A stretch of 64,000 bases of DNA from Acidimicrobiales bacterium (GCA_020628865.1 JAHDEJ010000001.1:234395-298394); one strand, 5' to 3'; counted from the first letter of the stretch, positions 44,229 to 53,527 are shown. Program-made: numbers and translations. The notes: generated from the sequence alone by a model not told the origin.

Positions 44229-45657
44229 TGCACCCGTGCGCGGCATCGTCTTTGTCGGCCCCTCGCTCCCGGTCGAGACGATTCGAGAGATGGATCCCTC
44301 GCTCCTGGTGCTTCCGCCGGCGGCGATGGGCGACCTCCTGTCCGCCGTTCGGCATCACCAGCCGAACGCGGTGGCCCTGATCGACGGGACGTTCAAGCAG
44401 AACCTGTCCGTGTTCCACAAGGAGATCCTCTGGGCGATGGCGGAGGGGGTCTGGGTTCTCGGAGCCAGCAGCATGGGGGCGTTGCGTGCGGCCGAACTTC
44501 ATGACCTCGGCATGATCGGCGTCGGCCGGATCTTCGAGGAGTACGCGAGCGGCTGTCTGGTCGACGACGACGAGGTGGCGCTGGCCCACGCCGATGCCGA
44601 GTTCGGGCATCAGGCGGTCAGCACGCCGATGGTGAACATTCGGGCCACGCTCGACCACGCAGTCGAACAGGCCATCCTCTCGCAGGCGCAAGCCGACGCA
44701 CTCGTGGGTGCGCAGAAACAGCGCCACTTCCCCACTCGGAATCTCCGCACCCTCCTCGACGACGCAGCCGCGTTGGACCTCGGCCTCGACGAGGCCAGCA
44801 GCTCGGCGCTGCAAACGCTCATCGACGGTGGCGGCATCGATCTGAAACGGCAGGACGCAATCGCTGCAGTCGAGCAGTTGAGCATCCGCGCCGTGTCCCC
44901 CATGCCTCCCGACCGTCGCCCCGCCCATCCGGTGGCGGCAACGTTCCAGGGCACGTTGGAACGTGACGTGACCGTCGGGCTCGACGCCGACCTGCCGGTG
45001 ACGTTCGATTCGATCCGCAGACACAGCGCATTGAACGACACCCACTTCGAGCGCACATGGCGCACCGCGGTCACGACCTCCACACTCCACCGGCTAGCCG
45101 AAGTGCTCGGGGTCGTCCCCTCCGAGCAGGACCACGAACACGCCCGCACGGCGGTGCTCGCCCGCCTGACCGCACCCGACAACGGCGACTCGGCTGCGAC
45201 GCTTCGCCGACTCGACATGAGCGACCGAGACCTCGAGCGCATCGTCGGCGACGAAGCCATCGCACTGCGATTCCAACGCTGGCTGGCCGCCCAGGCGGGC
45301 TACACCCGAACCACCCAGGCGTTCATCGATCAGCTGCGACTCGACGGTCGCTACGAGGAGGCCCGGACCGAGGCCGGACTGTTCGAACAGGCGGCATCCG
45401 ATGCCGAGGGCGCAACCACCCAACCCAGCCTGGACCGGGCCATTGCCCTCCACTCGGCGCTCACCGGTTGGGAACCGCCGAGCGACCTCGATCGATACAT
45501 CGAGGATCACCAGCTCGGCAGTCGAGCCGAGCTCTACGACCGGCTGATGGTCAGCCTGCTGGCCGTGCAGAAACTGACCGGGCTTCCCGTGCCCATGGTC
45601 AGCGAATCCCCGTCGGTGGAAAGCGGGCCGATCGCCACTCGGGGCCATCAGGGCTGA
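44221..45657 (+). CDS. TfuA-domain protein with ~270-aa C-terminal extension
   Basis: VFVGPSL, LPPAAMGDLL, LIDGTFKQNLSVFHKEILWAM, VLGASSMGALRAAEL, GMIGVGRIF, DDDEVALAH, and VNIRATL. ATG 44221 overlaps the YcaO stop by 8 nt. Confidence 0.85.
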   Translation: MSDAPVRGIVFVGPSLPVETIREMDPSLLVLPPAAMGDLLSAVRHHQPNAVALIDGTFKQNLSVFHKEILWAMAEGVWVLGASSMGALRAAELHDLGMIGVGRIFEEYASGCLVDDDEVALAHADAEFGHQAVSTPMVNIRATLDHAVEQAILSQAQADALVGAQKQRHFPTRNLRTLLDDAAALDLGLDEASSSALQTLIDGGGIDLKRQDAIAAVEQLSIRAVSPMPPDRRPAHPVAATFQGTLERDVTVGLDADLPVTFDSIRRHSALNDTHFERTWRTAVTTSTLHRLAEVLGVVPSEQDHEHARTAVLARLTAPDNGDSAATLRRLDMSDRDLERIVGDEAIALRFQRWLAAQAGYTRTTQAFIDQLRLDGRYEEARTEAGLFEQAASDAEGATTQPSLDRAIALHSALTGWEPPSDLDRYIEDHQLGSRAELYDRLMVSLLAVQKLTGLPVPMVSESPSVESGPIATRGHQG

Positions 45658-45672
45658 CGCCTGGCAGGCCGG

Positions 45673-47058
45673 TCAAGCGGCCGGCAGGTCGAGCACGAAC
45701 CGGGCGCCGCCCCGTTCGTTGGCATCGACCGTGAGTGTGCCGCCATGTGTCTGGGCCACCTCGCGAGCGAGGGCGAGGCCGAGACCAGAGCCGCCAGCGT
45801 CACGCGTCCGGGCCTCGTCGAGCCGGACGAATCGCTCGAAGACCCGCTCGCGGTCTTCGGGGGCGACCCCGGCGCCATCGTCGTCGACCACCACGATCGC
45901 GCGCCCGCGCTGTTCGGCAACGGTGACGACGACCATGGACGAGGCGTGGCGCACGGCATTCGCCAGCAGGTTCGTGATCACCCGGCGGAGATGGTCGGGG
46001 TTGCCCCGGACGGACGCCGCGGACACGTAGCTGGTCCCGATGGCGACGCCGTCGGGTCGGGCCAGGGTGGCCGCCTCGGTGAGGACCAGATCGTCGAGGT
46101 CGACGAGGCGTTGGGCCGACGGATCGGGCCGGGCGCCGTCGTCCGAGCGGGCCAGCAGCATGAGGTCCTCCACCATTCGCTGCATGCGGTCGACTTCGTT
46201 GCGGAGGTGCGCGGCGCTTCGGTTCCAGTCCGCCGTCTCCGGATGAGCGAGATCGACTTCGAGATTGGCCTTCATGGACGCCAGCGGGCTCCGCAGTTCG
46301 TGGGCCGCGTCGCCCGCGAAACGGCGTTGCCGTTCCTGCGCAGACTCGAGGCGCTCCAGCATCCCGTTCATCGTCTTGGCGAGACGGGAGATCTCATCGG
46401 GTCGACTCCCGACCTCCACCCGACGAGCGAGGTCGGTTCCACTGATCGTCTCCACCTCGGCCCGGATGCCCTCGACCGGGCGCAGGGCACGTCCGGTCAG
46501 TTCGTAGACGAGCAGCGACACGAGCAGCGTGAGGATCGGCACGACGACCAGCGCACCCGTTCGGACCTGGCCGACGGTTCGGTCGACCCCGTCGAGCGTG
46601 CGGGCCGCAACCACGATTTCGCTCCCGGCTTCGACCTCGGTGAACACCACCCGCAGATTGTCGACCCCTTCGGTGAGCGTGACGGACGGCAGCGCCCCGT
46701 CTCCCGGCTCGTCCCAGGCGATGTCGCCGGGAAACCCGTCTTCACCCAGCAGGGCAAGAACCTCATTCACGTCGGGCACATCGTCGTTGTGGATCTCGAG
46801 CAGCGGCTCCTCGCCCGGGTACCGCTCGATGATGCCGAGGAAGACCTCCGGGTCGTTCGGAAAGCCGGCGTTGTCGAGTTCATTCGTGAAGTCGATCTCA
46901 ACCGCAGCATCGATGGCACGATTGGCGATCTGCGAATCCACCTCGTCCACCAGACTGCGACGAAGCACGACGAGCAGCACGATGGCGGCGGCGGTCAGGG
47001 TGAGCGCAGTGGCCACGAACGCAATGAACGTGACCCGACGGCGAACGGTGGCCAGCAT
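45673..47058 (-). CDS. Sensor histidine kinase (TM-HAMP-HisKA-HATPase_c)
   Basis: H-box AHELRSPLASM, N-box NLLANAVRH, G-boxes DDDGAGV and GGSGLGLALA, and two TM segments. Confidence 0.88.
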   Translation of the reverse strand: MLATVRRRVTFIAFVATALTLTAAAIVLLVVLRRSLVDEVDSQIANRAIDAAVEIDFTNELDNAGFPNDPEVFLGIIERYPGEEPLLEIHNDDVPDVNEVLALLGEDGFPGDIAWDEPGDGALPSVTLTEGVDNLRVVFTEVEAGSEIVVAARTLDGVDRTVGQVRTGALVVVPILTLLVSLLVYELTGRALRPVEGIRAEVETISGTDLARRVEVGSRPDEISRLAKTMNGMLERLESAQERQRRFAGDAAHELRSPLASMKANLEVDLAHPETADWNRSAAHLRNEVDRMQRMVEDLMLLARSDDGARPDPSAQRLVDLDDLVLTEAATLARPDGVAIGTSYVSAASVRGNPDHLRRVITNLLANAVRHASSMVVVTVAEQRGRAIVVVDDDGAGVAPEDRERVFERFVRLDEARTRDAGGSGLGLALAREVAQTHGGTLTVDANERGGARFVLDLPAA

Positions 47059-47741
47059 CAGCGCTGATCGTCGATGAGCCGATAGCCGACTCCGCGCACC
47101 GTCTGCAGCGTCGACCGGTCGAAGGCGACGTCGATCGCGTTGCGGATGCGGGAGACGTAGACCTCGACGATGTTCGGATCACCCTCGAAGGCGTGGTCCC
47201 ACACGTTCTCCAGGATCTGCTCTTTCGACATCACGAGGCCCTGCTGGCGCATCAGATACTCGAGCACGGCGAAGGCCTTCGGCGAGAGCTCGATCTCTGT
47301 CTCCCCGCGGAAGACCCGACGTGCGTGAGCATCGAGCATCAGGTCGCCGACACGCAACTGATCCGTGGGCGTCGCCGTTGCTCCGGCCCGACGGATCAAC
47401 GCCCGGAGCCGGGAGAGCAGCACCGGGTAGCTGAACGGTTTCGTGACGTAGTCGTCGGCGCCGGTGTCAAGACCTTCCATCTCGTCGTACTCGCCGTCCT
47501 TCGCGGTGAGCATCAGGATCGGCACGCTGTTGCCGTCCTCCCGGAGGGCCGAACAGATGCGGTAGCCGTTCAGACCCGGGAGCATGATGTCCAGAATGAT
47601 GGCGACGTAGGGGTTCGTGCGGGCGAGGTGGAGCCCATCGACGCCATCGTGAGCCACGTCGACGGCGAATCCGTCGGCGGTCAGCCCGCGCTGCAACGCT
47701 TCGGCGATACCCGCCTCATCCTCGACGACCAGAATCCGCAT
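47058..47741 (-). CDS. OmpR/PhoB-family response regulator
   Basis: MRILVVEDE, DVAILDIMLPGLNG-type receiver domain, and winged-helix C-terminus VYVSRIRNAI...TVRGVGYRL. Its stop overlaps the kinase ATG by 1 nt. Confidence 0.9.
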   Translation of the reverse strand: MRILVVEDEAGIAEALQRGLTADGFAVDVAHDGVDGLHLARTNPYVAIILDIMLPGLNGYRICSALREDGNSVPILMLTAKDGEYDEMEGLDTGADDYVTKPFSYPVLLSRLRALIRRAGATATPTDQLRVGDLMLDAHARRVFRGETEIELSPKAFAVLEYLMRQQGLVMSKEQILENVWDHAFEGDPNIVEVYVSRIRNAIDVAFDRSTLQTVRGVGYRLIDDQR

Positions 47742-47855
47742 GGATGCAGTATGCCCGTCGGTCCTGAACGGAAGCTGAATGCCCGGACGGGTCGGGGTGG
47801 GGCCCGCCGCACCCCACCCCTGTCGGAGCGGTTCCGCCAACCGCCCGGAAGCGCG

Positions 47856-49076
47856 TCAGCCGGCAGCCAACGCCGCTTCGATCCAGGTGTCCGCCAGATC
47901 CCGGTTCGTGGCCAACCAGGCGGCAGCGATGCGCTCGACGTCGGTCTGCGCGCCGTCGGTGGCATTCAGCTCGACGCCGGCGATCGCCAGGTCGATGAGC
48001 GGGGGCTTGAACTCGTTGAACAACGCCTCCGCCGCCGGGTTGTCCTCGAGCCAGACCGTGTTCGCCGTGATCTCGATGTCGGCAGCTTCCCAGCCGACCT
48101 GGCAGCCGTCGGGGCCCTGGAGGCAGGTGTCCGGGCCGAGGCCCTGGTAGCCGATGCTGTCGCCGCAGCGCTGGCAATAGCTCTCGCCACCCTCCCGGCC
48201 GAGCGGGTTCGAGTCGTCGAGCACGGACGCGTTCTCGATCGAGATCCACATCGTCGTCTCACCCGGAATGGCCTGGGCGAGGTAGGACGTCGGCGTCCAC
48301 GTGTACATGATCGCCGCTTCGCCGTTTTGGGCGAGCGTGAGGAACTCGGCGAACATGGCGTCGTAGCCGGCCTGGTTCTGTTCGAGGTTGTCCCATCCGG
48401 CGAACGCGATGTTCGACGCCATGATGTCGTCGCACGTCCAGTCTTCGGGGCAGCCATAGAACTCGCCCTTGCCGTTGCCGTCGGAGTCGAGCTGGCTCCA
48501 CAGCGCCTCGTCGGCGTTGATCTGATCGAGCGTCGTCACGCCGTTCTCCTCGGCCCAGCTCTTGGTGACGAGCCAACCCTGAAGACCCCCGCCCGGCATG
48601 AGGGAGCCCTCGATGCGGGTCAGGTTGTCGCCGACCTGACTGCCGTTCGGGAGGTCGCCCTCCCACCAGGAGAGGTGGCCCGGGTACCAGGAGTTCGCCC
48701 AGAAATCCATCTCTCCGGAGGCCATGGTCTGGTACGCCAGGTCGGGAGCGAACTCGAGCTGATCCGGGCTGGAGACCTCGTAGCCGAGCTCTTCCATCAG
48801 GTCGTGAAGGATCTGCGCCTGCACGTAACCGGAAGACCAGTTGCCGCGGCCGAGGTTCGCCGTCTTGCCGGCGCCGGGCAGCGCGGCGTCGGCCGTGTCG
48901 GTCGGCTCCGCATCACCGCCGTCATCCTCGACGACCTCGGCGGCAGCATCTGTCGCCGCGTCGGCCGCGTCGGTTGCCGTGTCCACGACGTCGTCCGCCG
49001 TCGATCCACACGCGGCGGCCACCATCGCCACCAGGACGAGCACCGCGAGGCGCATCCATTTCTTCGTTGTCTGCAT
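47856..49076 (-). CDS. Glycine betaine/osmoprotectant-type ABC substrate-binding lipoprotein (ProX/OpuAC-like), no cognate permease/ATPase adjacent
   Basis: Lipobox LVAMVAAACGS. NWSSGYVQAQILHDLMEELGY and MDFWANSWYP are typical of ProX-like binders. Confidence 0.7.
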   Translation of the reverse strand: MQTTKKWMRLAVLVLVAMVAAACGSTADDVVDTATDAADAATDAAAEVVEDDGGDAEPTDTADAALPGAGKTANLGRGNWSSGYVQAQILHDLMEELGYEVSSPDQLEFAPDLAYQTMASGEMDFWANSWYPGHLSWWEGDLPNGSQVGDNLTRIEGSLMPGGGLQGWLVTKSWAEENGVTTLDQINADEALWSQLDSDGNGKGEFYGCPEDWTCDDIMASNIAFAGWDNLEQNQAGYDAMFAEFLTLAQNGEAAIMYTWTPTSYLAQAIPGETTMWISIENASVLDDSNPLGREGGESYCQRCGDSIGYQGLGPDTCLQGPDGCQVGWEAADIEITANTVWLEDNPAAEALFNEFKPPLIDLAIAGVELNATDGAQTDVERIAAAWLATNRDLADTWIEAALAAG

Positions 49077-49301
49077 GATCCCCTCCATTTGGGATGGTTC
49101 GGATCCCGCGGGGCCACCTCGGAGCTGTGCCGACGGGCGCGCCGAGGTGGAGGCTGGAGGGGGAGCCTTCACCCCGTGGATTGGTTTGCGCCGCCGACCG
49201 CTCATCCGTGTGGACGCGGGATCGTTGTACCCAAGAAGAGGTTTCAGCGGGTGAAAACAGCGACACCCCGAACATTGCAGTCGGATGTCGATGCGGTGGG
49301 C

Positions 49302-50090
49302 TCAGAGCGCCTGGTTCAGGTTCCCGCTGCGGAAGCCTTCGAGGTCGAGCGTCACGTACCGGTAGCCGGCCTGCTTGACGGCGGCGATCACGTCGTCCCG
49401 GCGGCGGACGACCCGTTCGAGCGCATCGACCGGGACTTCGATGCGGGCGATCTCTTCGTAGTGGCGGACCCGGATCTCGGGGAAGCCCATCTGCTTGAGG
49501 GCGAACTCTGCGCCTTCGACGCTCTTGAGGCGAGTCAGCGTGACGGTGGTGCCGTACGGAATTCGGCTCGCCAGACACGCGGCCGCCGGCTTGTCCCACG
49601 TTTGCAGCCCGAGTTCCTTCGATGCCGCCCGGACGTCGTCCTTGCGCAGGCCGGCGTCGACCATCGGGAACCGGGCACCGCGCTGCGCCGCTGCGGTCTG
49701 ACCCGGACGGTGGTCCCCCAGATCATCGACGTTCACCCCGAGCACCACGGTTGCGCCGAGCTCATCGGCGATCGGCTGCACCGAGTCCATCAGCGCGTCC
49801 TTGCAGTGGAAGCAGCGATTGCCGTCGTTGACCCGATAGGCGGCGTTCTCCATCTCCGACGTCTCGACCTGACGCCAATCGAGGCCCCAGTCTGCGGCCA
49901 ACGACGCACACTCGTCGTGCTCTGCGCCGGCGAGTGATGGCGACACGGCCGTCACCGCCACCGCGTTGCTGGCGCCAAGGGTGTCTTTGGCCACCCACGC
50001 AAGGAGGGAGGAATCTGCGCCGCCGCTGAAGGCCACCACGACCCGTTCGAGCGAACGAAGCTCATGGCGGAGGCTGTCGAGTGTTTGCAC
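49302..50090 (-). CDS. PP-loop ATP pyrophosphatase of the LarE / TIGR00268 family (possible sulfur transferase)
   Basis: PP-loop VAFSGGADSS, CFHCK, and PAAACLASRIPYG (the LarE-type Cys motif). Confidence 0.7.
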   Translation of the reverse strand: MQTLDSLRHELRSLERVVVAFSGGADSSLLAWVAKDTLGASNAVAVTAVSPSLAGAEHDECASLAADWGLDWRQVETSEMENAAYRVNDGNRCFHCKDALMDSVQPIADELGATVVLGVNVDDLGDHRPGQTAAAQRGARFPMVDAGLRKDDVRAASKELGLQTWDKPAAACLASRIPYGTTVTLTRLKSVEGAEFALKQMGFPEIRVRHYEEIARIEVPVDALERVVRRRDDVIAAVKQAGYRYVTLDLEGFRSGNLNQAL

Positions 50091-50219
50091 CCCACCATTG
50101 TGGGGCCGGCTGGCTCCAGATGCGAAGCGCGTCCGAAGATCCCTGCCGGTCGTCGCAGCCTCGACGATCGACGCTCAACCGGTCCGCCCGAGCCGCTGCG
50201 TCGGTGCTTCACTCGGACC

Positions 50220-50897
50220 ATGGAACTGCAGAACGCCAACATCCTTGTCGCCGGAGCGACCGGCGGAATCGGTTCGGCGATCACCCGGCAGCTCAGCGCG
50301 GCCGGCGCCAACCTCACCCTCGTGGCTCGCAATGCCGACCGATTGGATCAGCTTCCGGTCGAGGGACGACGATGCGCCGTCGACCTGCGCATGCCCGACG
50401 GAGCGGACGCCGCGGTCCGGGCCGCCGCCTCCGACGGCCGAACGATCGATGCGGTGGTCAACGCCGTCGGCGTCGTGGCCTTCGGTGATGCTGCGTCGCT
50501 CTCATCGGACGCCCTCGAAGAGCTGTTCCTCACCAACGTGTTCGCCGGCGTCTTCCTCGCCCAGGCGGCCCTGCCGCAGATGACCCCCGGCGGCGCCATG
50601 CTGTCGATGTCCGGCATCATCAGCGAACGAAACCTGCCCGGAATGGCCGCCTACGGCGCGTCGAAGGCTGCAGTGCGCGCCTTCTCCGACGGGTTCGGCC
50701 GAGAAGCTCGCCGAGCCAAGGTGCGGGTGATCGACGCCCGCCCGCCACACACCGAAACCGGACTCGTCGATCGCGCCATCGCCGGCAACGCGCCCGCCTT
50801 CCCGCAGGGCCTCACGCCAGATGCGGTCGCCGCGACGATCATCGCTGCGCTGGCCGACGATTCCGTCAAGGACCTCCCGAGCAGCACCTTCGCCTGA
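50220..50897 (+). CDS. Short-chain dehydrogenase/reductase (SDR) family oxidoreductase
   Basis: ILVAGATGGIGSAI (TGxxxGIG), NAVG, and YGASKAA (YxxxK). Confidence 0.85.
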   Translation: MELQNANILVAGATGGIGSAITRQLSAAGANLTLVARNADRLDQLPVEGRRCAVDLRMPDGADAAVRAAASDGRTIDAVVNAVGVVAFGDAASLSSDALEELFLTNVFAGVFLAQAALPQMTPGGAMLSMSGIISERNLPGMAAYGASKAAVRAFSDGFGREARRAKVRVIDARPPHTETGLVDRAIAGNAPAFPQGLTPDAVAATIIAALADDSVKDLPSSTFA

Positions 50898-50899
50898 GC

Positions 50900-53527
50900 T
50901 CAGCCGCCGAGGCCGCCTGCGGGTTGCCGCGCGTCGAACGCGGCCACAGCGGCGGGCTCCAGCGCATACATCGCCAGCCCTTCCCGGGGCATGCGATCCG
51001 CCTCGTTGAATGCGCCTCCGATGACGATGCGGGACGGCTCGCCATCGGCGCCGCGGAGAACCAGAACGGCATCCACACCGCGCACGCTGTTGACGTCGGC
51101 ATCCCACTCGATGACCTCGCCGGTCGTGCCGTCGATCGCGTTCACCTTCTCCAGCGGCCGGTGACTGTCCGGGTACCGTTCCACCTCCGGATCGTCGACG
51201 AAGTCCGGGTCGAACGCGCCGATGCTCTCGTGATGACCACCGATGATCAGCCGGTCACTCGTCTCGTCGTAGTCACACGCCTGAATTCCGCCGTCGGTCG
51301 TGGCTCCCCAGACGAAGCCATCGGGCCCGAGCGCTGCGGCACCCGTGGCGAGATCGAATCGCCCGATGTTGTGCTGGTTCGGCCGGGGCTGGTGCAGGGA
51401 CCGTTGTCCTTCCCAACCGGGATCGTTCGGGTCGAGCGGGACCGCTTCCACCTCGGCCGGTGCCGGGGCCGGTGGCTCGTCCACCACGACCACATCGGCC
51501 TGGTTCACGTCGTCGTCGGTAACGACCTCGTCGTCTCCGATCAGCTCCTCCCCGACCGCACCGTCGGGGTCGTCCTCGGGATCGACCTCGTCGCCGGCAT
51601 CCACGACCACCTCAGGGACGGTGTCGGCGTCGTACGGGATCCAGGTGAGGCCCGGCTCGGGATGCGTCAGCCACCAGTCGCCACACACGAAGACGGCATC
51701 GTTCCCATCGGTGGCGATGTCGCGGATCTGGGCGGTCACGTCGCCGCCGGCAAGGTTGTTGTCGCCCAGGCTCGGCGCAAATGCGGTCACCGTCGGCGGC
51801 ACGGTCGACAGATCGAACGCGGCCACGGCATTCCGGTCGACACCGGTCGCCCGCTCCGTCGGCCACGGTGCTGCCGGCTGCGCGGCGACCGTCTCGGCGT
51901 AGGTGATCCAGTCTTCGGTGGTCGGTTCGGCAATGAGATGGTCGAACGAGCCGCCGACGAGGAGCGTGTCGCCGACGACCTCGAGCGCGGAGACCGAAGC
52001 GAACAGGTTCCCATCCGCCTGCGGCACGAGCGGCAACACCATCGGCAGGAAGGCGGGGTCCGCCGCACCGGTCTCCAGGTCCAATCGGGCCAGCCGGGCC
52101 GCCGGGGCCAGGGACTCCCCGGCACCAACCGCATGGATGCCGCCTGAGACATAGAGGTACGAATCGTGAACGACGAGTGCCGACACGCCGCCCCGAACAT
52201 CAGCCGCCCAGGTGATGTCGATCTCCCCCGTGGACCGATCGACGCGAATCAGGTTGTGAACGCCGTTGCCGCGCACCGGAAGCTCACCGGTGTCGTCGAC
52301 GCTCTCCCCCAGGAGAAAGCGCCCGCCGATGTAGAGGTGGTCGCCGTGCACGGCGAGCGCCCGGATGCGGTCGTTGCTGAGCCGCCCGTCGTCGGTCACG
52401 CCGAGCGGGTCGAGGACGAGCGGCACTTCGAAGTCGGTCACGGTGCCGGTGGCAAGATCGCAGGCGAAGAGGCCGTCCCGGGGAACCCCGGCGCCGAGTT
52501 CGCCGGACTCCGGATCGAGCTCGGCCGCATCGTAGGCACGATCGAACCGCCCACCCACGTACAACGTGTCGGTCTCCGGATCGTGGGCGAGTGCCCGCAC
52601 CCACAGCGACGAAAGGTTCGGACGCCCGACCTGCGGATCGATGTCGATGATCTCGCCGTTCACCAGCGCCCGGGTCTCGTCCGCAGGATCCACCCGGCAC
52701 ATCGAGCCGTCCAACGACGGCGTGAGCGGCTGCCCGGCCGGCGGTTGGCACTCGGCGCTCGACGCCCACAGGACGGCACGCTGCAACAGCACCAGTCCGG
52801 CGTCGGAGTAACGAGTGCCACCGTGGCTCGGGAAACCGACCCGACAGGCTGCCGCAACGTCGGTCGAATCGACGATCGGGAAGTCGAGTGTCGTTCCGGT
52901 GTCGTACACGAAGAGCGCCGCACCGTCGGGACCTTCCGCCAGGACTCGTGGGCCATCCTCGGGGAGCGTCTCGGTCGTCCACCCCCGGCCAACCGGCGCT
53001 GCAGCGCCATCGACGAAGAGGGAAACCGGCTCCTCCATGGCGTGGAGGATCGGATGTGCGACCTCCGTCGGAACGACCTCGTCCAGCTCCTGCAGCGGTG
53101 TCGCCTGCTCCTCCGCGAACGGGGCCAGGCCGAGCGCCGTCCACGACGAGGCCTTCAGCGCCACGATCGGAACGGATGCCTTGAGCAGGAAGGACCGGAA
53201 CTCGGACGAGCTCGTGGTGGACGACAACACGACGACGTCGGCAGACCGGAGGTCGGCCGGGGCGAGCGCCTCATCGACCACGATGGTCACATCGAACCGC
53301 TCACCGAGGTGCGCGGCGAGCTGTTGATCCAAGGACGTCTCGTCGGCGGCATCGACCGGATCGCCCACGATCAGCACGGCATCGGCCGACGGCGTGGCAA
53401 CGAGCGGATGCGCCTCGAACGCCGCACCGGCCGGGTTCAGCACCAACAGCGAAGCGAGCACGGCGGCGACGAGCAGAGCGATCGGCCATGCCGGGCGCAG
53501 CGCTGAAGAGGTGGGTTGGTTCTGCAT
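50900..53527 (-). CDS. Large secreted protein: unknown N-terminal alpha/beta-like domain plus beta-propeller-like repeats and acidic insert
   Basis: ATG 53527. Signal peptide WPIALLVAAVLASLLVLNPAGA. Recurrent LY(V/I)GG(R)F, LLVGGSF and IVIGGAF strands. The 323 codons upstream in the track ORF overlap the MFS gene out of frame. Confidence 0.6.
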   Translation of the reverse strand: MQNQPTSSALRPAWPIALLVAAVLASLLVLNPAGAAFEAHPLVATPSADAVLIVGDPVDAADETSLDQQLAAHLGERFDVTIVVDEALAPADLRSADVVVLSSTTSSSEFRSFLLKASVPIVALKASSWTALGLAPFAEEQATPLQELDEVVPTEVAHPILHAMEEPVSLFVDGAAAPVGRGWTTETLPEDGPRVLAEGPDGAALFVYDTGTTLDFPIVDSTDVAAACRVGFPSHGGTRYSDAGLVLLQRAVLWASSAECQPPAGQPLTPSLDGSMCRVDPADETRALVNGEIIDIDPQVGRPNLSSLWVRALAHDPETDTLYVGGRFDRAYDAAELDPESGELGAGVPRDGLFACDLATGTVTDFEVPLVLDPLGVTDDGRLSNDRIRALAVHGDHLYIGGRFLLGESVDDTGELPVRGNGVHNLIRVDRSTGEIDITWAADVRGGVSALVVHDSYLYVSGGIHAVGAGESLAPAARLARLDLETGAADPAFLPMVLPLVPQADGNLFASVSALEVVGDTLLVGGSFDHLIAEPTTEDWITYAETVAAQPAAPWPTERATGVDRNAVAAFDLSTVPPTVTAFAPSLGDNNLAGGDVTAQIRDIATDGNDAVFVCGDWWLTHPEPGLTWIPYDADTVPEVVVDAGDEVDPEDDPDGAVGEELIGDDEVVTDDDVNQADVVVVDEPPAPAPAEVEAVPLDPNDPGWEGQRSLHQPRPNQHNIGRFDLATGAAALGPDGFVWGATTDGGIQACDYDETSDRLIIGGHHESIGAFDPDFVDDPEVERYPDSHRPLEKVNAIDGTTGEVIEWDADVNSVRGVDAVLVLRGADGEPSRIVIGGAFNEADRMPREGLAMYALEPAAVAAFDARQPAGGLGG

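Noticed and set aside
47193-49937. 914-aa plus-strand ORF
   Set aside because: It is antisense to the response regulator, SBP and LarE-like genes, and has no motifs.
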